A stretch of DNA of 64,000 nucleotides, from assembly GCA_905234555.1 (NCBI GenBank), contig CAJOHO010000012.1, positions 12,123 to 76,122 of the forward strand, given 5' to 3'. Both the position numbers and the translations under genes were made by a program. Below the pieces are notes generated by a model. That model had not been told where the DNA came from. It saw only the letters and a list, made by a program, of their open reading frames with translations, and made no database searches. Positions 27,376 through 36,124 of the stretch are shown in pieces. Numbering within the stretch: position 1 is the first letter of the stretch; each line of letters begins with the position of its first letter. The DNA is from an uncultured Bacteroidaceae bacterium (GTDB taxonomy: Bacteria; Bacteroidota; Bacteroidia; Bacteroidales; Bacteroidaceae).

Positions 27376-29493
27376 ATGTCTAAGAATCAAAAATTTGAAC
27401 AGAGGCGTAAGGAGCAGAAAGCTGCTGCACAGGCTGCTCGTCAGCAAGACAAGACGGCTGTGAAGAAAGCGCCTCAGACACAAGGACCGTCGAGAACGGT
27501 ACAAAAACAGAAGCAGGGAGGCAACCAGCTCACCCTGAACAAATGGGTGCTGTGGTCAGCACCGATGGTTTTCTTCCTCCTCTTCGCAGCTGCCGCATAT
27601 TACGTGCTGGCTGTACAGAACGAGGATTATCTTTTTGCGGTTCAGGAACACAGCATGTGGCTGGACACTCCGCAGTTCTTCAACGACAGTATGGCTTACG
27701 CCGGCGGCTTCGCCCAATGGTTGGGCTGCTATTTCACGCAATTCTTCTACTACCCTGCCCTCGGCACGCTCTTCCTGCTGCTTTGGTGGGCGGTGCTTTA
27801 CGCAGCTACCATCCGTGCGTTCCGTATCCGTGCTGAATGGAGTTTCCTGGCGCTCATCCCTTTGGTGGCGCTGCTCTGTTCAGAGATTGACTTAGGTTAC
27901 TGGCTCTACTACCAGAAGATGCCAGGCTACTGGTTCACGCAGACCATCAGCATCACCTTCATGATGCTGGGTGTATGGGGCTTCACCGCCAGTCCTCGCT
28001 GGGCAAAGTCGGAGTGTCTGACGAAGCACAAATGGTGGACTTGGCTCTGTCGTGCCTGGAAACCTATCTATGTGCTGCTATGGACGGTGTTGGCTTATCC
28101 GCTCATCGGTTGCTGGTCGCTCATCGGTATGTGGATGATGGTGGCTGTGGCTTTGGGCAGAGGCATTTACAAGAAGAAAGTGGGCGAGATGGTGTTTTCG
28201 GTTGCAACAGCAGGAGTGGGCATCGCTGCCTATTTCATCGTTCCCAACTGTTATTACAACTTCTATTCTCGCATGCGCATTGAGGATGCGTGGTGTGTGA
28301 ACTTCCCACTTTTCCAGAACGACAAACTGGTTTCGCCAGGACTGGTGACTCCTTTCTATATTCTGGTGATTGCCCTTGCGGCATTTGCACTGTTCTATGC
28401 AGGCAAAGACCTGATCAAGGGTTTGATGGACATCAAAGAGACGTCGCGAAAGCCGCTGTCGGCTTCTACCTGGCAGATAGCAGGATGGGCTGTTGCCCTG
28501 GTTCTGACTGGCTACCTGATGAGTTCGAAGGTGAGCAGTTCGAACTACGACAACTATAACTTCCATGCAGAGTTGCGCATCCATCGTGCCATCGACGAAT
28601 GCCGCTGGCAGGACGCTCTGGACGAACTGGCTGCAGCACCTGGACCCTCGTCAAGACAGATGGTGATGTCGAAGAACATCGCCTTGATGCACTTGGGAGA
28701 AATCGGCAACAAGATGTTCCACTACGACAACAGCGGTGAACCTCCCTACGCTCCCGACTCTCTGGCTGTCCACACGGCTCAGACCTGTGCCACTCAGGTT
28801 TATTACAACTACGGAAAGATGAACTTTGCCTGCCGCTGGGCCATCGAGGACGGTGTGGAATTCGGCTTCGATATCGACGACATGAAGACGCTGGTTCGTA
28901 CGGCGATGTTCAGCAACGAAGACGACGTAGCCCGCAAGTACATCGACATCCTGATGCACACCACCTTCTACAAGGAATGGGCTGCAGAACGTCTGGCGAT
29001 GCTGAAGAACAAGAAGCTGTGGTACGCAACCGAAGAATATAAAGCCATTGCTCCGCTACGTAGCTTCAACGACATCCTGGACGGCGACCAAGGACTGTGC
29101 GAGATGTACCTCATCAACTATTTCAGCAATATGCACAGCAAGGAACCTAAATTCCAGGAAGAGACGCTGGTGTTTGCGCTGATACAGAAGGACATTCCAA
29201 CGTTCTGGCCACGATTCTACAACTATGCAACCCTCCACGAAAAGGAAACGATGCCGATTCACTACCAGGAAGCCGCGTACCTCTACGGACACCTGGAAAA
29301 CAACGTGAATATCAGCAATATGCCTTTCGACCAGGAGAAGATTGTGAAGCGATACGACCAGTTCCAGGAACGCACCCAAAGCCTGCTACGAAAGGGAATG
29401 AGCAACGAAGCCGTGGGTGAAGCCGTAAAGAGTGAATTTGGCGACACTTTCTGGTGGTTCTATTTCTTCTGCACTGGGGTGCATACGTATTAA
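27376..29493 (+). CDS. large polytopic membrane protein of unknown function (DUF6057-like)
   Basis: It has a basic Gln/Lys-rich N-terminal tail, about 9-10 hydrophobic helices in residues 55-395, and then a soluble domain of about 310 aa. The family name is from memory and needs an HMM check. Confidence 0.6.
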   Translation: MSKNQKFEQRRKEQKAAAQAARQQDKTAVKKAPQTQGPSRTVQKQKQGGNQLTLNKWVLWSAPMVFFLLFAAAAYYVLAVQNEDYLFAVQEHSMWLDTPQFFNDSMAYAGGFAQWLGCYFTQFFYYPALGTLFLLLWWAVLYAATIRAFRIRAEWSFLALIPLVALLCSEIDLGYWLYYQKMPGYWFTQTISITFMMLGVWGFTASPRWAKSECLTKHKWWTWLCRAWKPIYVLLWTVLAYPLIGCWSLIGMWMMVAVALGRGIYKKKVGEMVFSVATAGVGIAAYFIVPNCYYNFYSRMRIEDAWCVNFPLFQNDKLVSPGLVTPFYILVIALAAFALFYAGKDLIKGLMDIKETSRKPLSASTWQIAGWAVALVLTGYLMSSKVSSSNYDNYNFHAELRIHRAIDECRWQDALDELAAAPGPSSRQMVMSKNIALMHLGEIGNKMFHYDNSGEPPYAPDSLAVHTAQTCATQVYYNYGKMNFACRWAIEDGVEFGFDIDDMKTLVRTAMFSNEDDVARKYIDILMHTTFYKEWAAERLAMLKNKKLWYATEEYKAIAPLRSFNDILDGDQGLCEMYLINYFSNMHSKEPKFQEETLVFALIQKDIPTFWPRFYNYATLHEKETMPIHYQEAAYLYGHLENNVNISNMPFDQEKIVKRYDQFQERTQSLLRKGMSNEAVGEAVKSEFGDTFWWFYFFCTGVHTY

Positions 29494-29529
29494 AAAAGTG
29501 AAAAGTGAAAAGTGAAGAGTGAAGAATTC
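29493..29529. repeat. word array (A)AAAGTG/AAGAGTG x5
   Basis: The sequence AAAAAGTGAAAAGTGAAAAGTGAAGAGTGAAGAATTC directly follows the stop codon. Confidence 0.85.
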
Positions 29530-29551
29530 ATTAATCATTAAACGGTAAACT

Positions 29552-29720
29552 GGAACATTTTGGAACAGCGAGAGCAGAGACCAAACTTGTTTGGACTATG
29601 CCGGACCGACGCACGAAGCAAGAGTAGAGGCCAAACTTGTTTGGGCTATGAGGAGGAAGACGTCAGTCAGTCGTGACAAAATCGACTGAATGTAATTCAG
29701 TAAACCGTAAACTGTAAACT
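29552..29720 (+). repeat. 169-bp structured element, copy 1 (ends 16 nt before the ATG of the PD40 lipoprotein gene)
   Basis: It is identical to 31523-31676 over 154 bp and matches 168/169 over the full length. It contains two CCAAAC-TT-GTTTGG hairpins 50 bp apart, plus TCAGTCG-N8-CGACTGA and CTGAAT-GTA-ATTCAG. Confidence 0.95.
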
Positions 29721-29736
29721 GTAAACCAAAAATTCG

Positions 29737-31434
29737 ATGAAACATATATATAATAAGGTAAGGAAACTGAGAAACTGGATGGCAGGTGTGGCATGCTTCT
29801 GCCTGGTTTCCTGCTCCAGCCGTCCGGAAGTGCCGGCTAACTTTAGCAAGGTGGATAAAACACCTGTGATTTTCCCTGAATACACAGAAGTGACCGTTCC
29901 CAGCAACATCGCTCCACTGAACTTCAAGCTGATGGAAGGTGCTGACGAGTGTGTAGCTCGCTTTACGGCAGCCGACGGTTCAGCTTACGTCTATGGCGAA
30001 GACTACAAGGTGCTGATCGACGAGGAAGAATGGAAGAGTATGCTGGCTGCATCGAAGGGTAAAGCCATCAAGGTGGAAGTCTTTGGCAACAAGAACGGCA
30101 AGTGGGAAGCTTATAAACCCTTCAACATTTTCGTGGCAGAAGAGGAAATCGACCCCTACTGCTCCTATCGTGTGATTATGCCTTCCTACGTGGCGTACGA
30201 GATGCTGAGTATCAACGAACGCAACCTCACCAACTTCGAAGAACGCGAGATCTACAACAACATGATTATCTCGCCAGAGGACGGCGGACAATGTATCAAC
30301 TGCCACTCTTACCAGAACTACAAGACCGACAACATGCAGTTCCACATGCGTCAGGGACACGGCGGCACTATGATTGTGAGAAACGGCGAAGCCTATAAGA
30401 TCAACATGAAGAGCGACACGGTGATGAAGGCTGGTGTGATTGGTGCCGGTGTTTATCCTTCGTGGCACCCTACCCTTCCCCTCATTGCCTACTCTGTGAA
30501 CGAGACAGGACAGTCGTTCCACACCAAAGACCCTGCGAAGATTGAGGTGCAGGATGCGCAGAGTGACCTCATCCTCTACGATGTGGAGAAGAACGAGGTA
30601 AGCGTCATCGAGAACGTCTATGAAGAGTTTGAGTGCTTCCCTTGGTGGGCACCCGACGGCAAGTCGCTCTATTACAGCTCTGCCCATTTCGTCTATCCGG
30701 AGAAGAACGACTCGCTGCAGAAGAAGTTCGCCAACGACGAGAAAGGCTTCAAGAACTCACAGATTATCGACCGCTACGAGGAATTCAAATACGATATCTA
30801 TCGCAAGTCGTTCGACGAGAAGACCCGCACCTTCGGTCCTCCTGAACTGGTCTATGCAGCCTCGAAAGCAGACAGCATCGGATTCAGCGCCACCTTCCCA
30901 CGCATCAGTCCTGACGGACGTTATCTGCTGTTCGGGCAGGGACGTTTCGGCTGCTTCCATGTGTGGCACCCAGATGCCGACCTATATCTCACAGACCTCC
31001 AGACGATGGAAACGCGCAAACTGGAGAACGTGAACAGCGACTGTGCTGAGAGCTACCATTCGTGGTCGAGCAACTCACGCTGGATCATCTTCATCAGCCG
31101 CAGGGACGACAACAACTACAGCCGACTCTATATGGCTTACTTCGACAAGGACGGCAAAGCCCACAAAGCCTTTGAACTGCCACAGGAAGACCCCGACTTC
31201 TACGACTACTACCTCCGTTCCTACAATGTGCCTGAGTTCATGAAGGAACCTGTTCGCATCAGCGGTCAGGAGTTTGCCGCAGCCGCCAAGAGAGACCCGA
31301 TAGATGTGAAGTTCGGAGGTTACAGCACACCTTCTGCAGCACAAAGGAAAGTGGATGGTCAGACTTCCGCCTCAGCCCGCAATGACTCCACAAAGACCGA
31401 CGGGACCACAGGGGCGACAGCTCAGAAGAAGTGA
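29737..31434 (+). CDS. lipoprotein with a TolB/PD40-like beta-propeller and a CxxCH motif
   Basis: It has a lipobox (CLVSCSS), a CINCH motif (CxxCH) and PD40-like repeats (WAPDGKSLYY, ISPDGRYLLF, WSSNSRWIIF). Confidence 0.65.
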   Translation: MKHIYNKVRKLRNWMAGVACFCLVSCSSRPEVPANFSKVDKTPVIFPEYTEVTVPSNIAPLNFKLMEGADECVARFTAADGSAYVYGEDYKVLIDEEEWKSMLAASKGKAIKVEVFGNKNGKWEAYKPFNIFVAEEEIDPYCSYRVIMPSYVAYEMLSINERNLTNFEEREIYNNMIISPEDGGQCINCHSYQNYKTDNMQFHMRQGHGGTMIVRNGEAYKINMKSDTVMKAGVIGAGVYPSWHPTLPLIAYSVNETGQSFHTKDPAKIEVQDAQSDLILYDVEKNEVSVIENVYEEFECFPWWAPDGKSLYYSSAHFVYPEKNDSLQKKFANDEKGFKNSQIIDRYEEFKYDIYRKSFDEKTRTFGPPELVYAASKADSIGFSATFPRISPDGRYLLFGQGRFGCFHVWHPDADLYLTDLQTMETRKLENVNSDCAESYHSWSSNSRWIIFISRRDDNNYSRLYMAYFDKDGKAHKAFELPQEDPDFYDYYLRSYNVPEFMKEPVRISGQEFAAAAKRDPIDVKFGGYSTPSAAQRKVDGQTSASARNDSTKTDGTTGATAQKK

Positions 31435-31436
31435 AG

Positions 31437-31497
31437 AGGCGCCCCAATTTGTCGAAATGTCGATATTCCGAAATATCGAAATGTCGACAAGGCGCCT
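31437..31497. repeat. 61-bp imperfect palindrome built from TCGAAATGTCGA words
   Basis: The outer arms are AGGCGCC/GGCGCCT and the inner arms are TCGATATT/AATATCGA. It lies 3 nt after the stop of the PD40 gene. Confidence 0.8.
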
Positions 31498-31522
31498 TCG
31501 AAATGTCGAAAAAAATTAAACA

Positions 31523-31691
31523 GGAACATTTTGGAACAGCGAGAGCAGAGACCAAACTTGTTTGGACTATGCCGGACCGACGCACGAAGCAAGAGTAGAG
31601 GCCAAACTTGTTTGGGCTATGAGGAGGAAGACGTCAGTCAGTCGTGACAAAATCGACTGAATGTAATTCAGTAAACGGTAAACTGTAAACT
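31523..31691 (+). repeat. 169-bp structured element, copy 2 (ends 9 nt before the ATG of the S9 peptidase gene)
   Basis: This is a direct repeat of 29552-29720, offset by 1971 bp. Confidence 0.95.
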
Positions 31692-31700
31692 AAAATAAAC

Positions 31701-33905
31701 ATGAGAATCCTACAAACTATCTCCGCAGCAATCCTTTCCGTCAGTTCGCTCTGCGCACAAGGAACCGTCGATGACTACAAACGTGCGTGGTCCATTCGTG
31801 GAAAGTACTCTAACAAAGTGGCAAACGGCAGCGTGCGTGTTCTGCCTGTTGATCACGCCAATCCTGCCAAGCTCATCTACTCCACCTTCAACGGCGACAG
31901 CACGGTGTGGTACAGCGTGGACATCGCTACAGGAGCCAAGGAGCCAACCACCAATCCCGAACCTCCACGTCGCGAATGGCGAGGCGGAGGGAACCGTCGT
32001 CAGCGCCACTGGATGGAAGTGCCTGACGAGAAGGACGGCTATAGTGTGTCGCCAGACAAGAAGATTGCTATCGTCACCCGCAACGACAACTTGTGGAAGG
32101 GTCTGACGATGGATGCTTTCCGCACACCTGCGAACGAAGGAACGCCCGACGAGATTCCACCTTTCTATAACTTCGAAAAAACGCTGGAACCGCTGACCAA
32201 CAACGGCGATAGCACCTATTACTATTCTTCTTACGGCTCTTTCTCGCCCAACGGAGAGTATTATGCCACCGTCCGCATCAAGCCTGCACCCAAACACTAT
32301 GTGTATTACGTGGAATCCTCTCCCAAGGACCAGGTGCAGCCAGTTCTCCATAAGCAGGAATACGCCAAACCAGGCGATTCGCTGAACTATCGTGTGCCCG
32401 TCATCGTGGAGGTGGCCACAGGTCGTGTGATCGAACCCAGCACAGAGCTTTTCCAAAGCCAGTACGACGTGACGATGCCCAGTTGGGACGAGAACGGACA
32501 AACCCTTACCTTTGAGTTCAACGAACGCGGACACAAGACCTTCCGTGTGTTGGAGATGAACCTGAAAGGCGAAGTTCGAACCCTTATTGAGGAAAAGAAT
32601 GACAAATACGTGGCTTACTCCCGCAACCTGCGTCGTGACCTCGATGCCAACCACATCCTTTGGAAGAGCGACAGGGACGGACACGCTCACCTCTATCTCT
32701 ACGACCGCAAGAAAGGAAAACTCTCTCAGATCACCAAAGGCGACTACTGGGTACGTGGCGTTCAGCACAGCGAGATAGACGAGAAGACAGGCAAAGGCTA
32801 TGTCATCTTCTCCGCCAACGGCATGAACTGCAAGAATATGGGTAAGGTGGCTTCAAGCTTTGATGGAACCATCACAGAGGAAGACCCTTACAACATTCAC
32901 TATTATCGTATTGACCTGAACGGAAAGAATCTGGTGTGCCTCACACCTGAGAAAGGCACCCACTCCGCCACGTTCAGCAAGAACCACGACGCACTCATCG
33001 ACACCTATTCATCCGTCAACCAAACACCCGTCACAGTACTGCGTTCCGCCCAAGACGGACACATCATCTCCACGCTGGAGACAGCCGACATCAGCCGTCT
33101 GGAGAAAGAAGGCTGGAAGGCTCCCGAAGTGTTCGTGGCACCAGGTCGCGACGGCAAGACCGATATGTGGGGACTCATTTACCGTCCCTCCAACTTCGAC
33201 CCCTCGAAGAAATATCCTGTCATCGAATATATCTACTCAGGTCCAGGCGACCAGTATGTGCCCAAATCCTTCACACCCTGGCTTTACAATCTTGCCGACT
33301 TGTCCGAACTGGGCTTTATCGTTGTGCAGGTTGACGGCATGAGCACATCGTTCCGCAATCTCGACTTCGAACAGGTTTGCTACAAGAACCTGCACGACAG
33401 CGGATTCCCCGACCGCATCGCCTGGATCAAGGCTGCCGCAGAAAAATATCCTTATATGGATGCCGACAACGTGGGTATTTATGGTTGTTCAGCAGGTGGA
33501 CAGGAGGCACTCGGTGCTGTCCTCTTCCACGGCGATTTCTACAAAGCTGCCTACGCTGCCTGCGGATGTCACGACAACCGCATGGACAAAATTTGGTGGA
33601 ACGAACAGTGGATGTCCTACCCCATCGACAGCAGTTATGTAGCTGCATCGAACGTAGAGAACGCCAAGAACCTCGAACGTCCGCTGATGCTCGTTGTAGG
33701 TGAGCTGGACGACAACGTTGATCCTGCTTCCACCATGCAGGTGGCAGACGCTCTTATCAAGGCAGGCAAAGACTTCGAACTCGTCGTGCTTCCTGGTGTT
33801 CATCACTCTATGGGTGAAACCTACGGCGAACACAAACGCTTCGACTTCTTCGTACGCAACCTTCTCGGCGTCAATCCTCCCAAATGGAACGAACTGAAGA
33901 AATAA
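31701..33905 (+). CDS. S9-family serine peptidase (dipeptidyl-peptidase IV-like)
   Basis: It has a signal peptide, an N-terminal propeller region, the nucleophile motif GCSAGGQ, and downstream Asp (GELDDNV) and His (GVHHS). Confidence 0.8.
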   Translation: MRILQTISAAILSVSSLCAQGTVDDYKRAWSIRGKYSNKVANGSVRVLPVDHANPAKLIYSTFNGDSTVWYSVDIATGAKEPTTNPEPPRREWRGGGNRRQRHWMEVPDEKDGYSVSPDKKIAIVTRNDNLWKGLTMDAFRTPANEGTPDEIPPFYNFEKTLEPLTNNGDSTYYYSSYGSFSPNGEYYATVRIKPAPKHYVYYVESSPKDQVQPVLHKQEYAKPGDSLNYRVPVIVEVATGRVIEPSTELFQSQYDVTMPSWDENGQTLTFEFNERGHKTFRVLEMNLKGEVRTLIEEKNDKYVAYSRNLRRDLDANHILWKSDRDGHAHLYLYDRKKGKLSQITKGDYWVRGVQHSEIDEKTGKGYVIFSANGMNCKNMGKVASSFDGTITEEDPYNIHYYRIDLNGKNLVCLTPEKGTHSATFSKNHDALIDTYSSVNQTPVTVLRSAQDGHIISTLETADISRLEKEGWKAPEVFVAPGRDGKTDMWGLIYRPSNFDPSKKYPVIEYIYSGPGDQYVPKSFTPWLYNLADLSELGFIVVQVDGMSTSFRNLDFEQVCYKNLHDSGFPDRIAWIKAAAEKYPYMDADNVGIYGCSAGGQEALGAVLFHGDFYKAAYAACGCHDNRMDKIWWNEQWMSYPIDSSYVAASNVENAKNLERPLMLVVGELDDNVDPASTMQVADALIKAGKDFELVVLPGVHHSMGETYGEHKRFDFFVRNLLGVNPPKWNELKK

Positions 33906-33907
33906 AA

Positions 33908-34060
33908 AGCCCCCTCTAATCAATGGTCTTTACACCCCCTTCGCGCCCACCGTTGCAAGTGGGGGACTTGCAACCCTTTGTGGGGTCGGAGCCACATTCA
34001 GTGCCTCCTCTAAAGACCGTCGTCCCCAGTCATCGGGGGACAGAAACCCCCAAGGGGGAG
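33908..34060 (+). repeat. GC-rich element, long form (block A, 88-nt insert, block B)
   Basis: It has the same terminal blocks as 26290-26366. The internal part carries the hairpin TTGCAAGT-GGGGG-ACTTGCAA. Confidence 0.9.
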
Positions 34061-34094
34061 AATTATGAATTATGCATTATGAATTACGAATTAA
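34059..34094. repeat. word array GAATTATG/CATTATG/GAATTACG
   Basis: It is in the reverse orientation relative to the ATGCATAATTC family. Confidence 0.75.
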
Positions 34095-34097
34095 CAA

Positions 34098-35465
34098 ATG
34101 GCCAATCCTAAAGAACTTGGAACCCAGCCTGTTGGCAGACTGCTGATGCGATATGCTGTGCCTGCTGTCATTGCGATGACGGCTTCATCGCTCTACAATA
34201 TCGTCGATCGCATCTTTATCGGACACATTGGCTCCGAGGCCGAAGGTTCGTTGGCACTTGGCGGTCTCGCCGTCACCTTTCCCATCATGAACCTCAGCGC
34301 AGCCTTTGGTGCTATGATTGGAGTTGGCGGCAGCACGCTCATATCCGTGAAACTCGGACAGAAAGACCACGACACAGCTCAGCGTGTACTTGGCAACGTC
34401 GTCACCCTCAACGTCATTTTGGGTGTTCTGCTTGCAGTTATTGGCATAGCCTTCATTGATCCCCTGCTCTATTTCTTCGGAGCCAGCGAAAACACGGTGA
34501 GTTATGCTCGCGAATACATGTTCGTCATCCTGCTGGGTAATGTCGTTACCCATCTCTACTTGGGTCTGAACGCCGTACTCCGTTCCACAGGACATCCCAA
34601 CACGGCGATGATTGCGACTTTCGCCACCGTCATCGTCAATTCCATCCTCGATCCGCTCTTCATTTTCACGTTCGACATGGGGATTCGGGGAGCCGCTATC
34701 GCCACCATTCTCGCTCAGGTCATTGCCTTGGCATTCGTGTGGTTTGTGCTGAGCAACAAAAAAGAGGTAATCTACCTGAAGCAAGGAATCTACGGACTGC
34801 GTCGCCGCATCGTCAAGAACGTCCTGACCATCGGTCTGTCACCTTTCTGCATGCAGCTCTGTGCCTGCCTCGTGGTCATTCTCATCAATAAAGGACTTCA
34901 GAAACACGGAGGCGACCTTGCCATTGCTGCCTACGGCATCATCAACGGCATCACCTTCCTCTTCATCATGGTGGTGCTGGGCATCTGTCAGGGAATGCAG
35001 CCCATCGCCGGCTACAACTACGGTGCACAGCGTTTTGACCGCGTCACACAGGTGCTGCGTTACAGCATCATCTTTGCTACCATCGTGATGACCTCCTCCT
35101 TCGTCATCTGCGAATTCATTCCCCACCTGCCTGTTTCTCTGTTTACCGACGATCCTGTTCTCACCGACCTCTCCGTCGATGGCATGCGTCTCATCGTCAG
35201 CATGAGTCCGTTGGTGGGTTTCCAGATTGTCACAGGCAACTTCTTCCAGAGTATCGGAATGGCAAAGAAAAGCATCTTCCTCAGCATCAGCAGACAGCTG
35301 ATATTTTTAGTGCCCTTCCTCCTCATCTTCCCTGAAATGTGGGGAACCAACGGTGTGTGGATCAGCATCGCAGCAGCCGACGGCGTCTCCATCATCACCG
35401 CAGCCCTCATGCTCTGGCATTTCTTCCGCACAGGCGGCATCACCAAAACACAGATAGATTTATGA
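34098..35465 (+). CDS. MATE family efflux transporter
   Basis: It has 12 TM helices and an N-terminus LLMRYAVPAVIAMTASSLYNIVDRIFIGH typical of NorM/MATE transporters. Confidence 0.85.
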   Translation: MANPKELGTQPVGRLLMRYAVPAVIAMTASSLYNIVDRIFIGHIGSEAEGSLALGGLAVTFPIMNLSAAFGAMIGVGGSTLISVKLGQKDHDTAQRVLGNVVTLNVILGVLLAVIGIAFIDPLLYFFGASENTVSYAREYMFVILLGNVVTHLYLGLNAVLRSTGHPNTAMIATFATVIVNSILDPLFIFTFDMGIRGAAIATILAQVIALAFVWFVLSNKKEVIYLKQGIYGLRRRIVKNVLTIGLSPFCMQLCACLVVILINKGLQKHGGDLAIAAYGIINGITFLFIMVVLGICQGMQPIAGYNYGAQRFDRVTQVLRYSIIFATIVMTSSFVICEFIPHLPVSLFTDDPVLTDLSVDGMRLIVSMSPLVGFQIVTGNFFQSIGMAKKSIFLSISRQLIFLVPFLLIFPEMWGTNGVWISIAAADGVSIITAALMLWHFFRTGGITKTQIDL

Positions 35466-36091
35466 AAAACTTTGTCATTTCCATTGGCCGCGAATTGGGT
35501 TCAGGCGGCAAAGCCATCGGCGAAATCATGGCGAAAGAACTGGGAATCCCCGTTTACGACCGTCGTCTCATCCAGATGGCAGCACAGGAAAGCGGCTTCG
35601 ACCCAGCCGTCTTTAAGAAAGCCGACGAGACCCCTTCGCGTGGACTTATGTCGAACATCTTCCGCACCATCGCTTCGCCCTTCGCTTCGTTCAGCAGCCT
35701 GTACAACAACTCTATGTCAGGCGAATCGCTCTTCAAGGTACAGGCCGACATCATCCGTGAGAAAGCCGAAGCTGAGAGCTGCATCATCGTGGGTCGCTGC
35801 TCCGACTATATCCTGCGCGACCACCCTCGCCACCTCAGCATCTTCGTACGTGCCGAATACGAGGACCGCGTCCGTTTCCTGCAGGAACGACGCAACTGCT
35901 CAGCCGAAGAAGCCAAGCAGCTCATCGAGCATACCGATGCCGTTCGTTCCGACTTCCATAATTTCTATGCCGAAACCAACTGGGGCGACTCCCGTTCCTA
36001 CGACATCTGCGTCAACTCCTCCATCCTCGGCATCGAAGGCACAGCCCAGCTGCTCCTTAACTTCGTCCGTCAGGCCCTTCAACTCAAATAA
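35462..36091 (+). CDS. cytidylate kinase-like family protein
   Basis: It has a P-loop-like ISIGRELGSGG. The start is ATG 35462, which overlaps the MATE stop (ATGA). Confidence 0.65.
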   Translation: MKNFVISIGRELGSGGKAIGEIMAKELGIPVYDRRLIQMAAQESGFDPAVFKKADETPSRGLMSNIFRTIASPFASFSSLYNNSMSGESLFKVQADIIREKAEAESCIIVGRCSDYILRDHPRHLSIFVRAEYEDRVRFLQERRNCSAEEAKQLIEHTDAVRSDFHNFYAETNWGDSRSYDICVNSSILGIEGTAQLLLNFVRQALQLK

Positions 36092-36124
36092 ATTGTCAGG
36101 GTTCGCATTCGCTCAACATACTCT

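Noticed and set aside
29598-29689. Mini-ORFs inside the 169-bp element (MPDRRTKQE and MRRKTSVSRDKID) and an AGGAGG string at 29651-29656
   Set aside because: They are too short and unsupported to call as genes. The AGGAGG lies inside the second mini-ORF and 80 nt from the real start, and Bacteroidetes generally do not use Shine-Dalgarno pairing. I keep them only as a note under the repeat finding.
33923-34111. A 62-aa ORF spanning the GC-rich element
   Set aside because: It is composed of repeat sequence, its Pro/Gly-rich translation has no motif, and it runs into the MATE start in another frame.
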